Shown here: in pieces, positions 57,234 through 64,000 of the stretch
Layout of the letters: each line of letters begins with the position of its first letter
How positions within the stretch are numbered: position 1 is the stretch's first letter
Virus record (IMG/VR): IMGVR_UViG_3300018080_000174
Location: 3,412 to 67,411 of that record
Length of the DNA: 64,000 bases
Strand: one strand, 5' to 3'
DNA from: a virus
Notes under the pieces: model-generated
The model's input: only the letters and a program-made list of their open reading frames with translations
What the model was told of the DNA's origin: nothing
The model's database searches: none
Made by a program: the position numbers and the translations under genes

Positions 57234-57773
57234 TTACTTACCTTCGTCTGGGTCATAAGCGGCAATTTTGGCGACCATCCGTTCGCTGATCCGGTCAACG
57301 ATTGTCTCGTATCCGTCAAGTCCCTCCAACTCATCCATGACGATCTCAACAATGACCTTGGCGAGATCAAGGAGCGATGCCTTGGAGAGCAGATTCCCCA
57401 GGCTGGTTTCCAGTCGGTGGCAACTCGACACGAGCTTTTCGAGCGTGACGAAAAGGGAGTTGACTTGCCCGACTGCGGAAATCACGTCGGCGTTGCTTTC
57501 CACCATATTCAAACGCCGCTCAACCAGTGAGCGGCAAAGTGCGATTTCCTCGCGGAGCGATTTGAGTTCCTCTACTTGACTATGACGCCCAGCAGATTCC
57601 GCGATGTCGATATTCGTGAGTTGGTAGGCTTTCAAGGACTGCTTGTTCTCGAAATCCCGATCCCGCAAGTGGTACGGGCAAAACTCCTGCCCTTCGGCCG
57701 CTTGATAGGCGCACTGACCCTTCTGGGTGAGGGCTTGGCATCGTCGGGGGTCGTTGGCGTCGATAGAACTCAT
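57234..57773 (-). CDS. putative terminase small subunit (N-terminal C3H Zn finger, helical core)
   Basis: RC..LT.KGQC...FCPYH; SLREEIALCR; first gene of the late operon. Confidence 0.55.
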   Translation of the reverse strand: MSSIDANDPRRCQALTQKGQCAYQAAEGQEFCPYHLRDRDFENKQSLKAYQLTNIDIAESAGRHSQVEELKSLREEIALCRSLVERRLNMVESNADVISAVGQVNSLFVTLEKLVSSCHRLETSLGNLLSKASLLDLAKVIVEIVMDELEGLDGYETIVDRISERMVAKIAAYDPDEGK

Positions 57774-57815
57774 AGAAGTACCTCAGATAAGAGACTAGGG
57801 GGAGAACCCTCCCCC

Positions 57816-57855
57816 TCTACTTCTATATTACGCCAAAATCGAAATCTCGGCAATG
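57816..57855 (-). promoter_or_regulatory. conserved 40-bp phage promoter, copy 3 (virion operon)
   Basis: Exact match to 14566-14605. Confidence 0.85.
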
Positions 57856-57950
57856 AAAAATGCCAATTTTAGCGATTTTTCCGAAAAAAGTTGTTGTCGG
57901 GGTCCAGTTCGACGCGGCGAATTTGACCCTACCCCCTCCTCCGAGGGGTA

Positions 57951-57998
57951 AAAAGCCGGGGCGAGCCACGCATCCGGTGATAAACGGACGGCTCGCCC
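57951..57998 (-). terminator. Rho-independent terminator
   Basis: GGGCGAGCC...GGCTCGCCC stem followed by CGGCTTTTT. Confidence 0.6.
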
Positions 57999-58013
57999 TG
58001 GTGGCCGAGTGGT

Positions 58014-58145
58014 CTAATACCACTGGTTGAAGTACCAATCAAGAAGGTACTTGACAATTATCACCACTGCGATGGCGATTACCGCCGCTGTGGCGGCTCC
58101 GAGCATCGCTTTTCCGAAAGTTGCTTCTGAACAGGCGATCATCAT
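58014..58145 (-). CDS. small single-TM protein (43 aa)
   Basis: Manual translation MMIACSEATFGKAMLGAATAAVIAIAVVIIVKYLLDWYFNQWY. Confidence 0.5.
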   Translation of the reverse strand: MMIACSEATFGKAMLGAATAAVIAIAVVIIVKYLLDWYFNQWY

Positions 58146-58150
58146 TTCGT

Positions 58151-58522
58151 TCATTCGACCTCTCCAATCAGTTTTCTGATCTTGTCGGCCCCGTGCGTTT
58201 TCACAAGGCGGCGAATAGCGAGTTCCTCATCTGACTTGCGGCGGACCTTCTGCTTCTCACGTCGCTCGGCCAGGATTTGCTCCCAGGTCGGCTTGTCGAT
58301 CAGCTTCATGTTAAGCAGATCGGTCGCTGTCAGCGCTTCTGTTTCAAGCCGCCCTTCCGCCCAACCAGTGTAGACGACGATCTTGGCGTACTTGAACCCC
58401 GCGACAATGATGAACGAATATTCATCATAGTATGTGTTGGTGACAGTCTTGCCAGCCAGTTTCACGGGATTGAGTCGCGTGTAAGGTGCGAGCACCTTTT
58501 CTTCTGTAGGTGTCATCAGCAT
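58151..58522 (-). CDS. hypothetical protein
   Basis: ORF with RBS, packed. Confidence 0.65.
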   Translation of the reverse strand: MLMTPTEEKVLAPYTRLNPVKLAGKTVTNTYYDEYSFIIVAGFKYAKIVVYTGWAEGRLETEALTATDLLNMKLIDKPTWEQILAERREKQKVRRKSDEELAIRRLVKTHGADKIRKLIGEVE

Positions 58523-58710
58523 TTCTCCCTCAACCAGCCGAGAAGCCAGAATGGCCCCCAGGCCGGCGATGTTAAAACGATTAAGGCCACGGTTACGCCC
58601 GCGACCGCCAATTCCGCCCCGCTTCGTGTGTGGTCACAGATATTATCCCAAGCATCGCTCACAAGTTGTTCGAGCGTCACTGTCGGCGGGCTCTCTCCTA
58701 AACTACTCAT
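58516..58710 (-). CDS. small membrane protein
   Basis: TM ending SPAWGPFWLLG. Confidence 0.6.
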   Translation of the reverse strand: MSSLGESPPTVTLEQLVSDAWDNICDHTRSGAELAVAGVTVALIVLTSPAWGPFWLLGWLREKC

Positions 58711-59066
58711 TAACCGTCTCCAAGTTCCCAGGTTTTAGTGATCGTGTAGCCGGGGCCGATTACGTGGGCCATCATGCTGTGCTTCCACACAATCTCGAAC
58801 CCGTCCGAGCGGAACAGGTGCCAGAGGTCCAGAAGGTCGTCCGCACTCATCCCTCGACTGATGAAGGTGAGGTGCAGTCTCTTCGGCACCTTCGCCACGC
58901 CGTTGTCTTCAATGGTGCAGCAGGTCAGAGGAGCCCCGATCCGAACGTCCACGCGGTCGAGCGTCTTCCCATAATATAGAGTGTCGAGCACGCGGGCGAG
59001 TTGCCCGAGGTTTACACAGATCGTCGTCTCATGCTCTCTCGGCAGGTTCATCCAGTCAACTAGCAT
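58710..59066 (-). CDS. hypothetical protein
   Basis: ORF, coupled start/stop. Confidence 0.6.
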   Translation of the reverse strand: MLVDWMNLPREHETTICVNLGQLARVLDTLYYGKTLDRVDVRIGAPLTCCTIEDNGVAKVPKRLHLTFISRGMSADDLLDLWHLFRSDGFEIVWKHSMMAHVIGPGYTITKTWELGDG

Positions 59067-59409
59067 CGTCTGGCTCCAGGGTCACTGTGGGTTCAGAGTT
59101 GATCCAAGGCTTTGCACGCTTGGCATGGCGTTTTGTGGCTTCGAGGTACCACTTAGCGGTGTGCCCTCGACCGCCGTGCGAGGATACCATTTCGTTGCCG
59201 AACTCGCCCTGCGCTTTTCGGCACTCGCCTTCGTATAAGGCGGTGTTCATATTCTTTAGTAGGCCGTGCGTCACCATCTCTGTGAAGAAGCCGTTGCGGC
59301 CGTCACGGTAGTCTTGAAACGCATACTGTAGAAACTCGGCCAACTCATCGGGGTCGATGGGCTCCGGGGCGGTCAGCTTGTACGTCAGTGTCAGTTTGTA
59401 GTCAGTCAT
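59056..59409 (-). CDS. hypothetical protein
   Basis: AGGAGG RBS before ATG 59409. Confidence 0.7.
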   Translation of the reverse strand: MTDYKLTLTYKLTAPEPIDPDELAEFLQYAFQDYRDGRNGFFTEMVTHGLLKNMNTALYEGECRKAQGEFGNEMVSSHGGRGHTAKWYLEATKRHAKRAKPWINSEPTVTLEPDDAS

Positions 59410-59427
59410 GTACTTCCTCCTATTACA

Positions 59428-59455
59428 AGTATACACCACTGGGCGCGAAAGTCAA
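59428..59455 (-). promoter_or_regulatory. sigma70-type promoter TTGACT-16-TATACT
   Basis: TTGACTTTCGCGC...TGTATACT. Confidence 0.7.
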
Positions 59456-60126
59456 ATGGAATTTGGTCCGCGTGCCCAGAGTGAAGGGGTTCCGGCAGCT
59501 ACTTCCGGTATCCAGCCATACCTCTTTATCCGGCTCCTCAACGTTTCAAAGTTGGTCGCACAGCGGGGGTCTTCGCACAATTCCTTTAACGTGTCAAATT
59601 TCTCGCCCCAGCACATGATCGACCGGTCTGGTATAGGTGTTTTGACCGCTTCCTCAATGTCCCAGCCTTTGGCAATGCGGCGAAAAAGCACTCCATTTTT
59701 GACTACGCATCTTGGGTCTTTACTGACGTGTTTTAATGACGGGAACCATTCGCCCCAGACTTTGACCGCTGTGCCACTTTCGATACCGCGTTCAAGAGTG
59801 TAGACGCCTGGGCGATTTCTCCCCGCCTGGACATTGCACAAGGGGCCGACTCGGGGGCCGCCTACAAGCAGAATGAGATCAGTTTCAATCGCATAGGCGA
59901 GTTCTTCGGGAAGCCCGTCTTGAAGGATGAGGATTTCAGGCTCCCGCCCCTCCTGCAACATTTTGTTCAGCTTGCGGTAGAAATAACTCTTCTGATTTCG
60001 CTTCTTGCGACGGACTCTTTCCTTCAGGTGATCTACATACCGGCTCCCACTCCCCTTCCCGATGTAGAAGGGTGTATCTCCGTCCAGGTAGGCGTAGATG
60101 TAATGGTCGCGCGGTTCTTCTCCCAT
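59452..60126 (-). CDS. GIY-YIG (LEM-3-like) homing endonuclease with repeated DNA-binding modules
   Basis: YIYAY...PFYIGKG.G.R, AIE..LI, LCN; two VWGEWF/CWGEKF...DPRC repeats. Confidence 0.85.
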   Translation of the reverse strand: MGEEPRDHYIYAYLDGDTPFYIGKGSGSRYVDHLKERVRRKKRNQKSYFYRKLNKMLQEGREPEILILQDGLPEELAYAIETDLILLVGGPRVGPLCNVQAGRNRPGVYTLERGIESGTAVKVWGEWFPSLKHVSKDPRCVVKNGVLFRRIAKGWDIEEAVKTPIPDRSIMCWGEKFDTLKELCEDPRCATNFETLRSRIKRYGWIPEVAAGTPSLWARGPNSI

Positions 60127-60132
60127 ACTATA

Positions 60133-60160
60133 AGTATATCATAACCTGCGCGAAAGTCAA
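60133..60160 (-). promoter_or_regulatory. sigma70-type promoter TTGACT-16-TATACT (leaderless GIY-YIG mRNA)
   Basis: TTGACTTTCGCGC...TGATATACT, ATG 6 nt after the -10 box. Confidence 0.7.
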
Positions 60161-60169
60161 GAAGAAAAT

Positions 60170-61810
60170 ACCTGCAACCCGCAGGTTTCCCTCGGAATCG
60201 ACCCGCATGACCCCGAGGACCGGCCTGCTCTGCATCTTTGTAGGTGGCGTCTTGCGGGTTATAGCTGCCCTCGGGGTTTTGACGCGTCAGGACATCTCAG
60301 AACCCCCAGCAGCAGAATGGATAGGGCTAGGGGATGCCACCAATGGGGGGTGGGGTCACTCGACCGAAATTTGACCCCCGCACCACCGGCACGACCCGCA
60401 ACACTCATACAACTGTCACCACCGATACCATCATCACAACCGGACTTCCTCCCGATGCCTGCCCCCGCACAATCGGCACGACCCCGACAATCGTTACCAC
60501 CCGCAACACTCTCACCACTGTCATCATTGATATATCAGTCTGGAACGAATGTATCAACTGTATCGACTACACTGATTATGTGATGCCTGCGGGTGGTGAC
60601 GATTCTCACGATTCTCTGGTGCCTGCGGGTTGTCGGGGTCGCTCCGGTTGTGCCGGTTGCTGAGTATCCTGGCCGGTTGTACCGTTTGTTCTGCTTTCAC
60701 GAATTATGAGGATTGATACGATTGGGTGGGTTCTCGGGGTCAGGCGCGGCTCGGCGGCGCAACCGGCACGACCGTCACGACCCCGACAATCGGTACAAGC
60801 CATAGGGCCGGTATAGCCGTCACAACCCGCAGGTTTCTGGAATCGGGTTGGATTGTATCGGAAATTACGGTTATAAGGATGTCGGGGGCAGGAGGTTGGA
60901 TTGTATGAGTCTTGCGGGTTGTGACGATTATGCACGACTTAGCGAATTTGTCAATTTGCGTAACTGGTGCGCGAGATTGTGCTCTACGGATTGGGCGATA
61001 TAGGCGGGGTGGGCCGGGGATTCTGTCTGGAATGGCTGGAATAATAGTACCACCCGCAACAATCAGGTGGAAAATATGGGATGTGCAGGATGCAAGGAAT
61101 ATATAGGAATCCCCACCTGCGAGGGGGTGTATACTGTACAGATTATCATGGTTGTGATGAAATCACGGGAAAATGCGGTTATCAACACTATATCAACACC
61201 TTATCAACACGTTTGGACGCGTTAAAACGACTGTACAGGTTATCACCTTTTTACCATTTTTTGCGCATATATAGTCTATTTTATTATTACTAGATTGGTA
61301 AGAGTTGATGAAAGTGTTGATAAAGAGGGTAGACCGCCTGTAGTGAAAAAAGTAGTAGTGAAAAATATAGTAGAGGTAGTGAAGTTCATCATCAACACGT
61401 TTATCACAACTTTTCTGGAACCCCTTATTTTATAGGCTGAAACGGTCCTATGGTGTACAAGTGTAGTGTTGATGAACCTGATTATGACGGCGTTCATCAC
61501 AGGATTCTCCCCTACTTCCGAGGGGGTACTACCACCTGAGAGGGGGTCGTCGGATCGGTCTGTCTATCGGGGGGTATGGTCGCATCCGGTCGTATCGGAC
61601 CTGACGGTCGCAATGATTAGGCCACTGGTAATGCTTGTCGTTGCGGGTGGTATCGGTTATACTGGACGAATATCCTGTGCGGGTAAAATGACCTGGGTCG
61701 CCTATGTATACTTGGTAGTCTGATTGTCGGGGTCATGCGGGTTATCCGCCCGATTCGCGGGCATACAACCGGAGCGACCCCGTCAGCCGGTACGACCCCG
61801 ACAATCGGAT
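60170..61810. repeat. non-coding region with dispersed CCGGCACGACCCCGACAATCGG-like repeats
   Basis: Copies near 60384, 60473, 60630 (inverted), 60762, 61723 (inverted), 61767, 61787; more at 63705-63855. Confidence 0.65.
61150..61480. repeat. AT-rich iteron-like element B, inverted homolog of element A
   Basis: ATCAACAC at 61181, 61192, 61203, 61391; TTTATCACAAC 61400; GTGTTGAT 61314, 61466. Confidence 0.7.
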
Positions 61811-61824
61811 TTGCAAAATATATT

Positions 61825-61852
61825 TTGACTATCGGCGCTGCGCGGGTATACT
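61825..61852 (+). promoter_or_regulatory. sigma70-type promoter TTGACT-16-TATACT
   Basis: Same class as 59428 and 60133 promoters, opposite direction. Confidence 0.65.
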
Positions 61853-62115
61853 TGAGTATGGCCAGAAAACAGCAAAACACGAAAGGGCGCGATTATGACG
61901 ATTCTGCTCATCGGAACGGTTGTGACACTCGTAGCGATTACCCTGGTTCTGTCGTCCACTCCCGGAATGGACGGCCGATTCTAACGATTGGAGGGATTGA
62001 GCATGGCGATTCCGATTATGCTTACGATGCTGGCTTTGCTGATTGTGGCGTTCCGAACGAAGGAAACGCCTGTGCGGATCAAGTCGAAAGTACCACCTTG
62101 CGGGAGGGTCTGATT

Positions 62116-62475
62116 ATGACGAATACACTGGATGCACTGGATCGGGCGAAAGTCCTGAATGAAGTGATTGCACGGCTTGGACATGCTAGGGCGGCTGAAG
62201 CGTCTGAAACGCATGTAACGCCTGAGCCGAATAAGTGGGGGTGCGTTGGTGTCGATTATACCGGTGGCAAGTATCGTGCCCGTATTAGGTATTGTGACGC
62301 CTTGGACGGGCAGGATGTGCGGGTTACGCTGATTCGCACGAATGATCTGGCTGAGGCCGATTATGCGTATCGTGCCGCTCATGTGCTTTTGTGGGGTTCG
62401 GCCAGTTGGGCCGCCTGTGACGATATTGCGGACGCCTTGCGGGCTGCCGCCGGTCGTACCGATTGTGAGGATTAG
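62116..62475 (+). CDS. AP2-like DNA-binding domain protein
   Basis: NKWGCVGV...KYRARI...AEADYAYRAAHVLLWG; GGAGG RBS before ATG 62116. Confidence 0.7.
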   Translation: MTNTLDALDRAKVLNEVIARLGHARAAEASETHVTPEPNKWGCVGVDYTGGKYRARIRYCDALDGQDVRVTLIRTNDLAEADYAYRAAHVLLWGSASWAACDDIADALRAAAGRTDCED

Positions 62476-62631
62476 TCATGTGTGACGGGTCGAAACGAAA
62501 ACGCCGAAATTGCGGACCACGCCGGAAAGTGGAGTGGTATGCAAAATACCGATCCTGGCGGTTCTCCCGCCGGTTCGGTTTGGTCGGAGTGTGCGGATTC
62601 CAACAATTACTCCTGGAATATCGGAGAGAAC

Positions 62632-62746
62632 GATGATCGAGATTCTCGCGGTTCTGACGATTGGTTGGATTGTGTCGATTGATCGGATCGTCGGGCTGGT
62701 CGCCCGCGCGTACGGTTATGACGTTTATAACGGGAGGGTCGGATAA
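62632..62746 (+). CDS. small membrane peptide (approximate start)
   Basis: MIEILAVLTIGWIVSIDRIVGLVARAYGY; GGAG RBS; TAATG coupling. Confidence 0.4.
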
Positions 62747-63447
62747 TGACGGTTGCAACGATTGAGGAGTATTGTGCCGATTGTGGCACCATTCTCTATT
62801 CTGAGGAAGATTTGGATAGTGGCTTCTGTGGGGATTGTGAGCCCTGTCACTATTGTACCTACTGTGACGAATCGTTCGGTTGGCGCGATATGTACGATGA
62901 GGGGATGTGTCACGATTGTAGGGATCAGCGCGACTGGTGTTACGATTGTGAGGAATGGAAGCCTTATTCCGATTTTGACGATGGCGACGGTGGCACCTGC
63001 AATGCCTGTCTTGCCGTTTGGTTCGATAATCACATTTCCAACACTGCGCCCGGTCGTGTCAGTTGGGAGGATTATGCGGTTTGGGCCGAGAAGTCGCGTG
63101 AGTACGATTTTGGCTGCGGGTTCGATTGTAACGGAAAGTGCGCCGATGCCCGTGTGGAGAGTTATCCGGCTTGGCCGCATACGGACGGTCGTGCGTGTTG
63201 TCAGGATTGTGCCAGAAATCACGGTTATTTGGTTTATATCGCGCCCGAAGCGCTCGAAACCGTCAAGGCGCTTTATGACGATAATACCGGTTTTTGGCGT
63301 CCTGGCGGTTGTACGCTTCCTGCCAAATATCGGAGTATTACCTGTCTTGAGTATTCGTGCAGTGCTGCGGAGCGTAGCGATCAGCGCGATAATGCCGGTA
63401 TTTCCGGCTGGCGGCGCTCGCGCCCCGAGCTAGTCCAGTTGTCCTGA
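62746..63447 (+). CDS. acidic multi-CxxC (Zn ribbon/double-Zn-finger) protein
   Basis: Seven CxxC motifs; GGGAGG RBS. Confidence 0.7.
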   Translation: MTVATIEEYCADCGTILYSEEDLDSGFCGDCEPCHYCTYCDESFGWRDMYDEGMCHDCRDQRDWCYDCEEWKPYSDFDDGDGGTCNACLAVWFDNHISNTAPGRVSWEDYAVWAEKSREYDFGCGFDCNGKCADARVESYPAWPHTDGRACCQDCARNHGYLVYIAPEALETVKALYDDNTGFWRPGGCTLPAKYRSITCLEYSCSAAERSDQRDNAGISGWRRSRPELVQLS

Positions 63448-63467
63448 TTTTACCGAGGAGACCGATT

Positions 63468-63704
63468 ATGACGATTGTAGAGATGAGAGAGCGTTTGCTG
63501 ATCGTGCGGGATAGCGTGACTGATCCGACTATGCGGGCTGTGACGCATCTGGCGGCGAGTCTGGTTGTGTCGAGATTGTCACCTGAAAGACGCAGGTGGA
63601 TTGTAGCGATGATACGGGATATGTCCTACGATTGCGATTGTAGGAATGAGTCCAATCATGCCGATTCGTTGCGTGAGGTGGCTTCTGCCGTTGAGGCCGA
63701 TTGA
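63468..63704 (+). CDS. hypothetical protein
   Basis: GAGGAG RBS. Confidence 0.6.
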   Translation: MTIVEMRERLLIVRDSVTDPTMRAVTHLAASLVVSRLSPERRRWIVAMIRDMSYDCDCRNESNHADSLREVASAVEAD

Positions 63705-63894
63705 CGGGGTCATGCCGGTCGTGCGGGATGAAGCGCATTTGCGGGTCGTGCCGATTATCGGGGTCCAGCGCGGCCGAGCGCGGGCCGCCCGCACAACCGG
63801 CACGACCCCGACGACCGGCATATTCGGAATCACCAGCATGACCCCGAGGACCGGAATAAAGTGATTAAGCGCAATTGGCACGCTATTTGCAAAG

Positions 63895-64000
63895 CGCGGG
63901 CGCAGGGAAGCGCAGGGGAGCCGGGAGCCGGGAGGGGAGCCGGGAGCCGGGAGCCGGGAGGGAAGCGCAGGGGAGCCGGGAGGGGAGCCGAGAGCCGGAC
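63895..64000. repeat. purine-rich GGGAGCC tandem repeats (continue off window)
   Basis: GGGAGCC about 8 times interspersed with GCGCAGGG. Confidence 0.8.

Noticed and set aside
57995-58045. tRNA-like 5' half GCCCTGGTGGCCGAGTGGTCTAA
   Set aside because: No T arm or acceptor partner; the region is explained by a small minus-strand ORF end and a terminator stem
62753-63433. Overlapping 226-aa plus-strand ORF in another frame
   Set aside because: Ile/Val/Arg/Met-rich frame shadow of the CxxC gene, which has the RBS and the coupled start
1-64000. Stop-codon reassignment or prophage boundary
   Set aside because: Genes are full length in the standard code and use all three stops; no integrase, att site or host housekeeping genes were seen

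Overview
This window is part of a large, apparently intact tailed-phage (siphovirus-type) genome read in the standard code. The host cannot be established from sequence alone. Layout: (i) a leftward replication/accessory operon (1-14546) encoding a ParB-like protein, putative SSB, tRNA-Glu, SNF2 helicase, endonuclease VII, an RNA-repair-like set (RlaP-type nucleotidyltransferase, metallophosphoesterase, DRB0094-type RNA ligase) and an HMW1C/GT41-like protein glycosyltransferase next to an NDP-sugar C-methyltransferase; (ii) an AT-rich repeat element between divergent identical promoters (14566-15100); (iii) a rightward primase-helicase / DUF5664 / exonuclease operon (15141-19789); (iv) a 38-kb leftward virion operon (19792-57773) with about 14 kb of fibre, beta-propeller, holin-like and secreted-protease genes placed between the putative small terminase and the GpA-type large terminase; (v) small leftward genes and a GIY-YIG nuclease, a repeat-rich non-coding region (60170-61850) holding an inverted second copy of the AT-rich element, and the start of a rightward, compositionally distinct region. 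Best leads: the phage-encoded protein-glycosylation module, the two inverted iteron-like elements about 46 kb apart, a 40-bp promoter/operator repeated exactly three times, a shared N-terminal 'ACY' motif in scaffold and capsid, and a Tat-exported papain-like protease/thioredoxin cassette in a window with no recognisable endolysin. All family assignments are by eye from motifs; no searches were run.
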